Positions 43,827-54,648 of a stretch of DNA of 57,032 nt are shown here, one piece after another. The stretch is from a virus (taxonomy: Duplodnaviria > Caudoviricetes), in the IMG/VR virus record IMGVR_UViG_3300017963_000310, positions 1 through 57,032 of that record. One strand, given 5' to 3'. The notes under the pieces were generated by a model. It saw only the letters and a list, made by a program, of their open reading frames with translations, did no database searches and was not told where the DNA came from. Numbering within the stretch: the stretch's first letter is position 1; each line of letters begins with the position of its first letter. Made by a program: the position numbers and the translations under genes.

Positions 43827-44107
43827 ACGTACTATACGACTATATCCAGGACCGGCGGCTAGTTGAGAAGGGTAAACGCATCGGGGACGACAGCATCTTA
43901 GACCGTGATTGGACGCTGCGTTACCCGCGGGCCTCGGTGCTGCTGTATAAGACGCTGGACACTCGGGGTTGGCCACACCTGCCGGGCACGGGGGGCTGGT
44001 TGGACCAGGACGAGGCGTTGATGGAAGACCTGGCGACGCTGTCCCAGCTAGCTTACGTCTTGGAGGCTCATATCGAGGTAGACGAGAAACTAGGCGACGA
44101 TGGCTGA
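43736..44107 (+). CDS. Tail assembly chaperone -1 frameshift extension (gpT-like), absent from the ORF track
   Basis: -1 frame open from the slippery site to TGA at 44105-07; encodes HLPGTGGWLDQDEALM. Confidence 0.78.
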   Translation, partial: SVGSGTAEPTQRRRYDRERTQREELRGQVVDVLYDYIQDRRLVEKGKRIGDDSILDRDWTLRYPRASVLLYKTLDTRGWPHLPGTGGWLDQDEALMEDLATLSQLAYVLEAHIEVDEKLGDDG

Positions 44108-46406
44108 CATAGTCGAAGTACGATACCGTTTCGCACATGACCGCAACGCTACCAACCGCTTCTTGCGCGATCAGAAGCGGGTGGATGATGCGTTAGAAGG
44201 GCAGGCTGACGCAGCGCACGAGGTAGGCCAGGCCCACCTGCAGATGGAGCAGATCGTCGAGCGGTCAGCGGAAGCTATGCGCCGGTCGCACGAGGCCCAG
44301 ATCGACGCGGCCCGTAAAACAGCCGAGGTATACGGCGATGTTGCCAGCCGCACAGCGTCTTTTGCGGCGCTAACCTCGGGGCTGGGCGGCCAGGCGCTAG
44401 GCGGGCGTATGATGATTGTGTCCGACATCTTGGATGCAACCGAGGCGGCCAAGCTGCTGTCGGCTGAGATACCTAAGATGGTCGATCAGATGGCGGGCGC
44501 GGTAGGCGGTACCCGGAACCTAACCTTGGGCTTGGGGGCGCTAGGTGTTGCGATGGCGGCGGGCGTGATTGGGTTCAAGCTGTTGACAGATGCCCAGAAG
44601 GAAGCTACCCGCACGGCAGAAGCATGGATCGACGCCACACACCGGTTCCATGAAATGGACCCGTACGGGTTGACGTCCGCACAGATTGACGAGCAAATCG
44701 CGGCCCTAGGAAAGATAACCCACGCACGTAACTTTGAGATTAGCGCCGTGGAAGAGCAGATCGCAGCCCTTGGCGCTGAGGCCAACATGCTGGAGCAAGC
44801 GGGGGACATGCTGGGCGTTTGGGGTGAGGACCTGGAGAGGTACCGCAGCCAGCGCGCTGAACTGATGGCCCAAAACGACGCCGATGCTATGTTAATGGCG
44901 CAGTTGGTTGGACAAAGAGAGTCCAGTATTGTAGCCGTCAATGACATGATCGCTGCCGAGAAAGAGCTGGCCGAGGTGCGGTATACAGCTGGACAGCGCT
45001 TAGTGGGGATAGTCGTCGAACGGGCCCAGCTAGAAGAGACGATGCTTAAGCGCGCAGCCAGCTGGACGGTGGACCAGTCCAACCAGCGACTAAAGCAGAT
45101 CGAGATTGAGATACGCACCCAGGCTGTTATCCAGGACGGGCTCGACGCCCGACTGGCGGCGGGGGACCTCGAACAAAAAGCATATGATGAGGCCATGAAC
45201 GCTAGCAAAGACCGGGTGCTAGCCTTGCAGCATGAGCAGATCGAGATCGAGCGCGGGATACTGCCCGCTGCCGAGGCACGGGCGCGGGAGGCCGAGGCAG
45301 CGAAAGAGCTGGTCGAGGTTGAGAAAAGCCGGACCGAGGGGCTGTCGACCATGGCGCAGCTATCACTAAGCCTGACCGAGGCCGAAGGGCAGTATTTAGC
45401 TCAGCGGCAGGAGATCCTGGACTCAATCGGCGACCAGATGCAGGCGGCGCGCAGTAAGTTTCAGGAGCAAGACCGCAAAAACCGGGCAGCCATGCTAACC
45501 GAGTTGCAGGCCAGCGAGGAGGCGCATCAGGCTTCGCTTACGGAGCTAGACGAGGAGCACAAGGACGAAGAGCTAGAGCGGGTCCGAGACTTTGCCCGAG
45601 AACGAGCCCGGGCCGAGGAGGATAGCCGGGACCGTATCGCCGACTCGGCGGCGCGGCTGGACGCTATCGCGGTAATGGACGAGTTGCGCAGCGCGGAGAA
45701 GGACCGCAAACGGGCCCAGGAGGATTTCGACCAAGAGACGGACGACCGCAAGGCCCAACACCGGCAACGCAAGGAGCAAGAAGAGCAAGCTTTTGACGAG
45801 CGGCAGCGGGCGCGACGACAGCAGTACCAGACCCAGCGCACCGAGCTGCGAACCGCTCTTCGAAATGAACTAACCGAGCTGCGGGCCTCCAAGCGGCAGC
45901 AACTAACTGATTTACGTACGAGCTACGACCAGGAGACAGCCCTGCTGCGCAACAATGCCGTGAACCGGGTGGCTACGCTGACGGGCTTCTATAGCCAGGA
46001 AGAGCTGCTGCTACAGCAGCACATCAGCCGTCTGACCGCCATCTGGCAGGCGGGCAGCATGGGCAGCAAGGTCTCGTCGGTTATGGGCTCGGTCTCGTCG
46101 GTGGTCTCGTCGGCTTACGGTTCGGTGCGGGATTTCCTAGGCAGCTTCCAGGGCGGCGGCTACCTGCCTCGTGATGGGGTATTTGAAGGCCACCAGGGCG
46201 AGTGGGTGGCTGACCGCCACACCGCGCAGGCACTGGCGGGTATGGTGGGTGGGCGCTTAACTCAGCACAACGTGCGCAACCTAGACCGCAGCCAATCGGT
46301 TAGCATTGGCCAACTGGTGCTAGGCGACGTGGGCGGGTACTCGCCCGGGCAGATCGAGCAGCTGGTTGAGCGGGGCCTTATTCGGGCGCTAGAGAGGACG
46401 GTTTAA
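44100..46406 (+). CDS. Tape measure protein
   Basis: 768 aa, Ala-rich and helical with a hydrophobic segment; C-term FQGGG..H.GEWV. Confidence 0.85.
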   Translation: MADIVEVRYRFAHDRNATNRFLRDQKRVDDALEGQADAAHEVGQAHLQMEQIVERSAEAMRRSHEAQIDAARKTAEVYGDVASRTASFAALTSGLGGQALGGRMMIVSDILDATEAAKLLSAEIPKMVDQMAGAVGGTRNLTLGLGALGVAMAAGVIGFKLLTDAQKEATRTAEAWIDATHRFHEMDPYGLTSAQIDEQIAALGKITHARNFEISAVEEQIAALGAEANMLEQAGDMLGVWGEDLERYRSQRAELMAQNDADAMLMAQLVGQRESSIVAVNDMIAAEKELAEVRYTAGQRLVGIVVERAQLEETMLKRAASWTVDQSNQRLKQIEIEIRTQAVIQDGLDARLAAGDLEQKAYDEAMNASKDRVLALQHEQIEIERGILPAAEARAREAEAAKELVEVEKSRTEGLSTMAQLSLSLTEAEGQYLAQRQEILDSIGDQMQAARSKFQEQDRKNRAAMLTELQASEEAHQASLTELDEEHKDEELERVRDFARERARAEEDSRDRIADSAARLDAIAVMDELRSAEKDRKRAQEDFDQETDDRKAQHRQRKEQEEQAFDERQRARRQQYQTQRTELRTALRNELTELRASKRQQLTDLRTSYDQETALLRNNAVNRVATLTGFYSQEELLLQQHISRLTAIWQAGSMGSKVSSVMGSVSSVVSSAYGSVRDFLGSFQGGGYLPRDGVFEGHQGEWVADRHTAQALAGMVGGRLTQHNVRNLDRSQSVSIGQLVLGDVGGYSPGQIEQLVERGLIRALERTV

Positions 46407-46768
46407 TGGCAGTCCAGACAGCTACCGGCTGGGATAACGCCGGGGCATTGGCTGATCTTAGCGTTCAGCCGCGCGTATACCTACCCGAACCTGGGCGACG
46501 ACGTCGGGCGGGGGACGGCTTGACCTACATCGACGGGGCGCTGGTTCAGCGTATGACGTACGGCTACCTGACCAAGGCTAACTACACCACTACGCTAACC
46601 GAGATGGGGGTGGCTAGCGCTGAAAGCGCTAAGATGACGGTGCGTACGCTGGGGCGAGACGGGACCGAGGCTAACTGGAACGCGATCATTACCCGTCCAC
46701 CGGCCCCCGAGCTGTTCCAGAAAGTCCTCGGTATCGAGTTCGAAGTGTTACTGGTGGAGGCGCTGTAA
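46406..46768 (+). CDS. Putative distal tail protein
   Basis: Coupled directly after TMP. Confidence 0.55.
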   Translation: MAVQTATGWDNAGALADLSVQPRVYLPEPGRRRRAGDGLTYIDGALVQRMTYGYLTKANYTTTLTEMGVASAESAKMTVRTLGRDGTEANWNAIITRPPAPELFQKVLGIEFEVLLVEAL

Positions 46769-49700
46769 TGCCAGCCATCCCCAGCCCGGCCACCTGGCGC
46801 ACACACCCCCAGATCGCGCGCGGTCTGTTATGGGTACACGTCCCAGAGGAGGTCATCAGTCGGCGGGTCAACCAGGCTAGCTTTACCTACCCTATTACCT
46901 CGTTGACATTTGACAATCCGGACGCCGACGCAGGCAGCACTGCCGACGTAGAGGCAGGCATGACGCTGCGCGTTACCACCTCGGCAGGGGTGTTGAAAGG
47001 CTACGCTCGGGTGCGTACCATCACCGGCACGGACACCGGTACGCTTGGCATCGGGGCAGTCGGCCAGGGGGACCTGGATTTCGCCGATAATGATATCCTG
47101 GTGGTGCTGGATGAGTACCGGATTTGGAACCTATCGCCCTCTATTAGCAGCGCGGGCGTGCTGTTCAAGGATTATGACGTCGCGTATAGCGATCAGACCG
47201 AAGAGCCGCCACCGGTGGCCAACGTTCTGATCGAGTGCGACGACTGGATGGTCGACCCTAGCACCAGCAAGATAACGGTCGAGTTCGATGGGACAAGCAG
47301 CTTGGTAGTAGCGCCGGGCGCTGCCGAGCACGGAACCACGCCGTACGTGTGGGACGTAGGCGACGGCACGATCACGGTCGGTACCGTCAACACGTCCACG
47401 ATCACGGCGACCTTTCCAGCTGGGGTGCGGTACGTAACGCTAACCTTCCAGGACGACAACGACAAGACGCACACCCAACGCGTACTGATCCCGGCTCTAA
47501 CAGAAGCCAGCACGGGCCTATATCCGGTGCTGGTCTCGCGCCTAGGCGACACGCTAGAGTTGGGCTGGGAGGCGAGTTTTAGCCTGCTGGCCGATGACGT
47601 CTCCGATTTCGAAGAGGGCGCGCGGGTGCTGTACTTCGAGCAGGAATGGTACGACGGCACCGCGGGGCCCCTGGACGGGCTGTGCACGAAGTTCGACGGG
47701 TGGATTGTCCAAGAGACGCAGAGCTTAACCCCTCTCGCTAGCGACGATGTGGTGATTAATTGCAAGGGGCCGATGGGCATACTGATGGAGCGCCCAGCCT
47801 TTCCACAAACGGTCAGTGAGGACGACACCCCGGACAACTGGGCTGAGATGAAAACGCTGGACGTGGTGCGGCTGTTGCACTATTTGTTGCAGTGGCATAG
47901 CACTATACTCGATCTGTACCCGTTGACCTGGCAGCCCAGCCTGGGCTACTGGACACGGCCCCGCATGGACACCGACGTCGACACGCTTAAGGCTCAGATC
48001 GATTTCTGGGCTAACGCGATAGCGGCTAAGTTCACCTGCGACAAGCACGGGCATCTGTACCTGCGGCTGTGGCCGGTGCTACAGGCTAGCGGCTTTCGGG
48101 ACACGGTGGCCGTAACCGAGACCTTAACCGAGGTTGACTGGGACGAAGACGGACTGCAGATCGAGGTACGTGACGCCGACGATGTGGCATGGGTCCGAGG
48201 GTCAGCCTTGGTAGCGTCCCCTACCCTATCCACCCCGTATCGCAGTGCAGCCCCGGGCGCGGTGGCCGGGCAAGGCGCGATCGTGGAGGGGCTGGAGCGG
48301 CAAATCGTGTCCGGCCAGACCGAGCTCAACAACCGCACCGGTTGGTGGTACGCTTGGCGCAACAGTAGACAAGACGGCAGGCGCGTTATTCGTCGCGTGA
48401 CAGTGCCGTTGCTGCACCGCGGGCTGTTGTTCGACACCGCCTGGTGCGAGTGGACTAAGCTCACCTTTACGGCGGCCAGCAACAAACGCGGGCTGGCCCG
48501 TACCGCGGCGCGGTTTGTATTAATGGGGGTCGAGAGCACATACGACCACGAGCGCATGGTGTCTAAAGAGACCTTGACCCTGGTTGAGGAAACAGATGGC
48601 GCAGCAGGGATCACGGTCGAGGTACCAACCGATGGCATCGAGGACGCGCCGATCCCGTCTTACCCACCGATCGTGATCGAGGACCCGGTGCCGGACGGGG
48701 CCACCCCGACCGACCTGGACCTGGTATACGCGGCCACCCAGTCGGTTATTAAGCGTACCTGGGAGTTCACAGCGGGTACGCCGGTGTGGGAGACGGTGTA
48801 CACCCCACCGGCTGGGTACGACATCCGGGACTTTCGGCTGGACCAGCACGACCCGAAGAATAAGGCGGTTGTGGTGTTGGTATACGGCAGCGGGTCGTGG
48901 GCCGACAAAAAGGTAGTCGGCTTGACCAACCTGAACGACGCCAGCCCGACCGCCACCGATCTGTATACGGGGTCATGGTGCGCGGGCGCGCACCAGTTAC
49001 TGCTCACGCACACTATCCAGTACCCGGACATGTGGTTCATCGGGATCGTGGACTACGGGCGCTTTCAGGTGCTGCATACGCACGACTACTGGCAGACTGT
49101 CACGAAAGTTCAGCCCAACACCGCTGACTTGAATTCGGTCGCCACCGCGTTTTCGATCTCATACAACCCAACCGCCGAAGACGCGGGCGGGGTGTGGTGT
49201 GGCGATGCACCAGGTAAGCTACGGGTCGGGGCTGACTATGGCGGCACGTTTCCGACCAGTATCACGATTACCGGGTCGGGTTACCAGCCGCATTGGATGA
49301 TGGTGCCCTGGTGGGATAACGCTAGCGACCTAAACATCTGGACAGCGGGTGGCTCGGGAGCCAGCCATGACGGCTGGATGCGGTATTCGGATGATGGGGG
49401 TGGCTCGTGGGCCAATCGATCGCCGAGCTACGGAGGCTACACCTGGGGCGGTGGGTACCGTCACCAGGACATACGGCGGCCTTTGTTATCCTTTGTGACC
49501 GACCCGTCTCGGCTGGTGGTGGCGGCCTATCAGAGCCAGGACAAACGCGGTACGACCGACCCGCGTTGTTTCGTCTCAGAAGACACCGGCCAGACCTGGA
49601 CGCACCGCAAGCAGTTTGCTAGCAAGGTCTTTGAGCTAGGCGGTTGGCCATACGACCAGGACGTGATTATCAGCACTGCCGAGGACAACATCGAGTACAG

Positions 49701-49785
49701 CGATGACTTCGGGGTGACGTGGTCGTATAAGAGTTGGGTCGGTTATTCGGATGGTTTATGCACCATCCCGGTATGGCTAGCATGA
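46768..49785 (+). CDS. Large tail tip/hub protein with PKD-like domain and BNR/Asp-box repeats
   Basis: FDGTSS..YVWDVGDG; SDDGGGSW, SEDTGQTW, SDDFGVTW. Confidence 0.75.
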   Translation: MPAIPSPATWRTHPQIARGLLWVHVPEEVISRRVNQASFTYPITSLTFDNPDADAGSTADVEAGMTLRVTTSAGVLKGYARVRTITGTDTGTLGIGAVGQGDLDFADNDILVVLDEYRIWNLSPSISSAGVLFKDYDVAYSDQTEEPPPVANVLIECDDWMVDPSTSKITVEFDGTSSLVVAPGAAEHGTTPYVWDVGDGTITVGTVNTSTITATFPAGVRYVTLTFQDDNDKTHTQRVLIPALTEASTGLYPVLVSRLGDTLELGWEASFSLLADDVSDFEEGARVLYFEQEWYDGTAGPLDGLCTKFDGWIVQETQSLTPLASDDVVINCKGPMGILMERPAFPQTVSEDDTPDNWAEMKTLDVVRLLHYLLQWHSTILDLYPLTWQPSLGYWTRPRMDTDVDTLKAQIDFWANAIAAKFTCDKHGHLYLRLWPVLQASGFRDTVAVTETLTEVDWDEDGLQIEVRDADDVAWVRGSALVASPTLSTPYRSAAPGAVAGQGAIVEGLERQIVSGQTELNNRTGWWYAWRNSRQDGRRVIRRVTVPLLHRGLLFDTAWCEWTKLTFTAASNKRGLARTAARFVLMGVESTYDHERMVSKETLTLVEETDGAAGITVEVPTDGIEDAPIPSYPPIVIEDPVPDGATPTDLDLVYAATQSVIKRTWEFTAGTPVWETVYTPPAGYDIRDFRLDQHDPKNKAVVVLVYGSGSWADKKVVGLTNLNDASPTATDLYTGSWCAGAHQLLLTHTIQYPDMWFIGIVDYGRFQVLHTHDYWQTVTKVQPNTADLNSVATAFSISYNPTAEDAGGVWCGDAPGKLRVGADYGGTFPTSITITGSGYQPHWMMVPWWDNASDLNIWTAGGSGASHDGWMRYSDDGGGSWANRSPSYGGYTWGGGYRHQDIRRPLLSFVTDPSRLVVAAYQSQDKRGTTDPRCFVSEDTGQTWTHRKQFASKVFELGGWPYDQDVIISTAEDNIEYSDDFGVTWSYKSWVGYSDGLCTIPVWLA

Positions 49786-51176
49786 GGCTAAAACGAGCGT
49801 TAGACCAGGCAATCGAGGCCTCGGCTCGACGCACCACTTATTACGCGGTGCTGGGCAAGGGGGATGAGGACCAAACCCTGACGGTTACGGGCCGGACCTC
49901 TTTTGTGTGGGCGCGTATCCGGATGCCGGAGGGCGAGGCGGTGCGCCAAGTGCGGTGCCGCAAAAGCCGCCCGGTATATGGGGCTCCGGTGTTGGTGCGG
50001 GTGCACGCCATTGACCAGGAGATGGAAGTAGTCGAGGAAGACCCGATCGACGGGCCGGAATACTATGGCGACAGCTACGGCACCGGCAACGTGGGGGTGC
50101 ACGCTACCACCCATGGGTTGTACGGGGGCGACACGCTGTATATCGAAGGGCGACAGATGCTACCCTTCTTGACGCACCCCACCGATCCACCGTCGTTATC
50201 GGTGACTATCCGACCGTACACCTACCCGTACGGCACGGTTAAGCATTTCGCCGGGGACGACGTCGATCTAACCGCCTGGACACCCACTACCATCAACTTC
50301 CAACGGCTGGTGGTGACAGGCATCAACGGGCGCACCAACCAGGCAACGTACCTAGCCGGTGATCAGACCTTTATTTACTCAGCCGACCCGACCGGGGTCC
50401 CTTTTGTAGGGGTCGACGTAGCGGCGCTAATCAACGGGGCGGGGTCACCAGACTTTATACCCTCGGCGGCGGTGCGGCTGCGGTACGCCATGACCAGTAT
50501 TGAGCAGTATGACGTATGGTTTGATTGCCGGGGGTGGGCCGGGCGCGGAACGGTCGAGGGACGAGCCAAGGTCTCCTCTAACGACGACACGTTCGGCTAT
50601 TTGGGCGCTAAGCTGGTGGCGGGCGCTAATGTCACGCTAACCGAGAACAACGACGGCGGTAACGAAACGCTAACTATCGCGGCCTCGGAAGAAAGCGTGC
50701 CGATGATCCGTGTGCCGATGGACGACGGCGCAGGATCGGGGTCAGGATCGTCACCCAGCCTCGGTACCATTACGATCACGAACTGGTATATCCAAACCTG
50801 GGCGTTCGATCAGTCGAACCAAGAATACGTGGACTGGTTTCTTGCGTTGGCGGGAGCGCAGTCAGGGCTAACCACCACCGTGCGGGTGTACTGGACCGCC
50901 CAGGGCGGCACGGTAGGGCATAACGTCCTATGGCGGGCGGTGTGGCGCGTGGTGGCCGACGACGAGGCGTTAGGTACGGCGGGTACAACCGACGCTTTCA
51001 CCGAGGACGCCCTATTAGCGGTTAACGACGAGCACACGATCTCTAATGAGATCGCGCTGACCGGCTGGGACGCGGGCGACTTGTTGCAGCTTCGTATAGA
51101 GCGACTGCCCTCGGGTGAAAGCACCAGCCTGGCCGCGGACGCCCATCTGTTGGGCGTTAGCCTAAGCTTTGCGTAG
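49782..51176 (+). CDS. Minor tail/fibre protein
   Basis: Coupled start; KVSSNDDTFGYLGAKLVAGANVTLT fibre-type motif. Confidence 0.65.
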   Translation: MRLKRALDQAIEASARRTTYYAVLGKGDEDQTLTVTGRTSFVWARIRMPEGEAVRQVRCRKSRPVYGAPVLVRVHAIDQEMEVVEEDPIDGPEYYGDSYGTGNVGVHATTHGLYGGDTLYIEGRQMLPFLTHPTDPPSLSVTIRPYTYPYGTVKHFAGDDVDLTAWTPTTINFQRLVVTGINGRTNQATYLAGDQTFIYSADPTGVPFVGVDVAALINGAGSPDFIPSAAVRLRYAMTSIEQYDVWFDCRGWAGRGTVEGRAKVSSNDDTFGYLGAKLVAGANVTLTENNDGGNETLTIAASEESVPMIRVPMDDGAGSGSGSSPSLGTITITNWYIQTWAFDQSNQEYVDWFLALAGAQSGLTTTVRVYWTAQGGTVGHNVLWRAVWRVVADDEALGTAGTTDAFTEDALLAVNDEHTISNEIALTGWDAGDLLQLRIERLPSGESTSLAADAHLLGVSLSFA

Positions 51177-51183
51177 GAGAGGC

Positions 51184-51555
51184 ATGATGTCGAAGAGCTT
51201 AGTAGGACGAGCGGGCCCGGTACGCCGAGTGGCGGCGGTATTGTTGTTCTTGTTGGGGTATCAGGTCTCGATTGAAGGGTCGATGGTGGCGCGATGGATA
51301 GCTGAGAGGGGCTTCCCAGCCGCGCTGTTCGGCGGCGCGATGATGGGCGTCGCGATGCTGTTGCTGGTTTTTGTGCAGGAGGACGTTGTGTTTGTGATCG
51401 CTACAGCGCCCTATGCGGTTTACGTTAGTATCGCAGTATGGTTGGTTATCAGCCGAGGGTCAGGCTACGCCACGGGCATCATCTACTCATTGACGCTAGT
51501 GCTGCTAGTTGACTTGTACCTAGCCGATAGGAGGAGATACGACAGTGGACGTTGA
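51184..51555 (+). CDS. Four-TM membrane protein (holin candidate)
   Basis: Hydrophobic segments; AGGAG RBS. Confidence 0.55.
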   Translation: MMSKSLVGRAGPVRRVAAVLLFLLGYQVSIEGSMVARWIAERGFPAALFGGAMMGVAMLLLVFVQEDVVFVIATAPYAVYVSIAVWLVISRGSGYATGIIYSLTLVLLVDLYLADRRRYDSGR

Positions 51556-52159
51556 AACCTTGGGCTCGGTCGTTTTTGCCGTATTAACCGGTGTGTCGGC
51601 CTATTGGGGGTCGGTTCAGCGGATGCGCAAGTCGGCCAGCGAAGCAGCTGGACGGGTAACGGAGCTAGAAACGAAGTACACCCGGTTAAAAGCCGACCAT
51701 GGCACCCTAGAAGGCCGGTACACCACGTTAAAGGAGGAGGCGGGCGAGTTGCGCGCTACGTCGGACTCACAAGAGAAGCAGCTAGAAAGCGCGCAGGAGG
51801 AACTAACCGATTTGCGGCAGGTCAAAGCGATGCATGAGTTGTTAGAGCGCAATCATGAGCTCTTGACCGAAAACCACGAACGCCTGGTCGCGGAGTTTGC
51901 GACCGTAACCGCACGACTGGACGAGCAAGAGGCCCAGATTGAGCAGCTGTCTAAAGACCTCAAACGACGCGGCGACGAGGTGGTGTCACTTCGAGAGCGT
52001 AACGAAGCGCTGGTCGAGGAGCTGGCGGCGCGGGATGAGGCTGTGCGTGAGCTGGAGACTCGGGTCGAGGCCTTGCGAGAGGCGTTGATGTTGGTGCGCC
52101 CGGACGCGGCCCAGTCGATAGAAGGAGAAGAGAATGAGCCACACACTGAACGTAGCTGA
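51545..52159 (+). CDS. N-terminal TM plus long coiled-coil protein
   Basis: TM then heptad repeats; AGGAG RBS. Confidence 0.65.
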   Translation: MDVETLGSVVFAVLTGVSAYWGSVQRMRKSASEAAGRVTELETKYTRLKADHGTLEGRYTTLKEEAGELRATSDSQEKQLESAQEELTDLRQVKAMHELLERNHELLTENHERLVAEFATVTARLDEQEAQIEQLSKDLKRRGDEVVSLRERNEALVEELAARDEAVRELETRVEALREALMLVRPDAAQSIEGEENEPHTERS

Positions 52160-54638
52160 CACGATCCGTATTCTGGATGAGCCCCCGCTGCGTTACCTGG
52201 TACGGGATTTCTTCTCAGAGGCCGAGGCTGCGCCGTTGGCGTCGCCCCGCACAGCGGACCACGAGGGGTACTGGGACGTGGAGCAGGACGCCGACGATGA
52301 TTTTAAGATCGTAGCGGGCCATCTCCAAAAGGACCAGCACACTGCGTTTGCCGATAGCTGGCTGGCCGTGTCCGACAGCGGCGGCACGCCGATCCCATTG
52401 ACACCGCGGGCGGGGATGGCTTGTTTTCTGGGCGAAGCCGCCGACACCCTGACCAAGATGATGGCGGGTTTTGCGGCAAACGTGGCCAGCGCGAATGGCA
52501 TGTGGTCGGGTTCGGGTGGCGTAGCGCTGTATGCGCGGGGCCTGTATTCGGCGGGTATGCCTGGTTCGTCGTGGGATGACGGAGATGACCTAGCTATTGT
52601 GCTGCGCAACTATGGGGCGTACTTGCTCAGAGCGAACGGCGAGCTATTGTGGGTCATGGCGACCACCTGGGGCGTCGATCCCATGTACGGCATGGTGAGC
52701 GGCACAGTAGCGGCTGACCAGGACTTGGTCAGCCAGGTGGCCTACGCTCGGCTGCCCGGCTCACCGACCGACGCCATCCAGGGCAACCATTACGATATGT
52801 GGGGTCACCGTGATTTGGACATCTCCGAGATTTTCACCTTTGTGGCGAATGGCCCGTTTGATCACACAATGGACTGCTACGTATCAGCCGTACTGACCAC
52901 GATGCCTACGGTTTCGAATACGGCGATCTGGTTGAGTGCTTCTGATTACGGGGCCGGTGCTCCGAATGACGGGTTGTACTTGCGCCCGGCACCCGGTAGC
53001 AACAACCTGCAAGTGTACAAGCGGATCGGGGGCGCGGCTGTTGAGGCTCTCGGTCAGATTAATGCGGTACTTTCTGATGGGTGTACTATTCAGGCTGTGC
53101 TGACTGCCGACAAGTTCATTGTAGGTGTGGACAACACAATACACGCCACCTACACCGACATTCTTGATGTCGTGCGGGTAGCGGAGGGGTACGTAGTCGA
53201 TGACGACGTGGTTGGCGCATGGGGCGACATCATTAGCTACACCCTGGACGGCACGGGCAATCACCAGTTCCCGGTTGAAGAACTGCTGACCGATGGCGAC
53301 ATGGAAGCTGCCGATACGAGCGCATACTCCGCCCTGAACGGGGCAACGCTCACCAAAGAGAGCACCGACCCCTATGAAGGGACGCAGTGCTTACGAGTGG
53401 CCTATAACGGGTTTAACAGCCCTATCGCGGCTCAGTCTGTGTTGCGGGCGGGGGAGTGGTTTTTGGTCACAGGTCGGGCGCGCAGTGACGGCAACGTCGC
53501 GCCGGAAATCCGGGGCGATAGCGCGGCTCAAGACGATCTGTGGGTGGGCACTACAAGCACCGACTGGCAAGAAATCTTTGTAGCGTTTGAGAGTACCACC
53601 AGTACAGCGGTGTGGCTTTTGGCGCGGTGCGTTGGCGCGGGTCAGTATTGTGAGTTCGATGATATGTGCGTAACCCGGATCAACCCCTACGCCGTGACTC
53701 CGGTCGATGGCTCGGAGCTACTCGCAGATGGCGATATGGAAGCGGTGGGAGTTGGGGATTGGTCGGCTGGTTTGAGTGCCACACTGACTAAAGAAACTAC
53801 TGATCCGTATGAGGGGGCACAGTGTTTACGGGTGGCCTACAATGGCACAGCTAATCCGTATGCGTATCAGTCAATTCTCACGGCTGGAGAAAGATACAGA
53901 ATTACAGGTGCGGCGCGGGGTGACGGTGTAGTGGCTCCAAGAATAATATCGGGGTCAAATCTGGACGAAACGCTACTGGCTTCAACAGACTGGCAATTGT
54001 TCAGCTTCACGTGGGTAGCCGATAATGCCGTGTTGGGTCTGCGTATTGTAGCGGCGGCTGCGGGGTATGCTGAATTCGATGACGTGAGCGTGGTTCAAAT
54101 CCCCGCTGACACCAACTGTCCCGGCTACGGTATAGCGACCGCTGTGCTGCCTGGGCCGCGTACTTTGACTCAATACTGCACGCATGAAGCGGGGCAAGAC
54201 GGAGTAAACATCGAGTTTGTGGTGGACGCTTTGCCCAGCGCGGGCTCAATCGTCACTTTTTTTGGGTATCAAGACGATCTGAACGGGTGGTATATTGATG
54301 TCACGAGCGGTGGTTACCTTTTTGTGCGGGAGTATATCGCGGGCGTGGCAACTATCCGGATTAACGCCGGGGCTGTGATCTCCGGGGGTGAGCGACTTAT
54401 TCTTAAGTGGAAGGGCGATACAATGGCCCTTTACTACGAACTAGCAGGGACACTCAATCTAGCAGGGACATATAGCTCTGCGGCCACGTACCTGGACAAG
54501 ACTACGGTCAAGATCCACACGTTGGGCACAGCCGGGGAAATGTCCAATTTGATCACGCGACCGTCTTTCCTGTACGATACCGCCTTGACGCCCAGCGCAC
54601 CGCGGGCGGGGCGGGCAATCACCCTTCTAGGGCAATAG
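52134..54638 (+). CDS. Receptor-binding/fibre-like protein with two tandem CBM-like modules
   Basis: Duplicated ELL.DGDMEA..SA..ATLTKE.TDPYEG.QCLRVAYNG..EFDD. Confidence 0.65.
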   Translation: MSHTLNVADTIRILDEPPLRYLVRDFFSEAEAAPLASPRTADHEGYWDVEQDADDDFKIVAGHLQKDQHTAFADSWLAVSDSGGTPIPLTPRAGMACFLGEAADTLTKMMAGFAANVASANGMWSGSGGVALYARGLYSAGMPGSSWDDGDDLAIVLRNYGAYLLRANGELLWVMATTWGVDPMYGMVSGTVAADQDLVSQVAYARLPGSPTDAIQGNHYDMWGHRDLDISEIFTFVANGPFDHTMDCYVSAVLTTMPTVSNTAIWLSASDYGAGAPNDGLYLRPAPGSNNLQVYKRIGGAAVEALGQINAVLSDGCTIQAVLTADKFIVGVDNTIHATYTDILDVVRVAEGYVVDDDVVGAWGDIISYTLDGTGNHQFPVEELLTDGDMEAADTSAYSALNGATLTKESTDPYEGTQCLRVAYNGFNSPIAAQSVLRAGEWFLVTGRARSDGNVAPEIRGDSAAQDDLWVGTTSTDWQEIFVAFESTTSTAVWLLARCVGAGQYCEFDDMCVTRINPYAVTPVDGSELLADGDMEAVGVGDWSAGLSATLTKETTDPYEGAQCLRVAYNGTANPYAYQSILTAGERYRITGAARGDGVVAPRIISGSNLDETLLASTDWQLFSFTWVADNAVLGLRIVAAAAGYAEFDDVSVVQIPADTNCPGYGIATAVLPGPRTLTQYCTHEAGQDGVNIEFVVDALPSAGSIVTFFGYQDDLNGWYIDVTSGGYLFVREYIAGVATIRINAGAVISGGERLILKWKGDTMALYYELAGTLNLAGTYSSAATYLDKTTVKIHTLGTAGEMSNLITRPSFLYDTALTPSAPRAGRAITLLGQ

Positions 54639-54648
54639 GAGCAACCGA

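Noticed and set aside
46071-46112. Triple GTCTCGTCGG repeat in the tape measure gene
   Set aside because: Explained by the low-complexity VSSV peptide repeat.
52134-54638. Diversity-generating retroelement target (duplicated segment in a fibre gene)
   Set aside because: No reverse transcriptase is present, and both copies are in frame with differences not confined to adenines.
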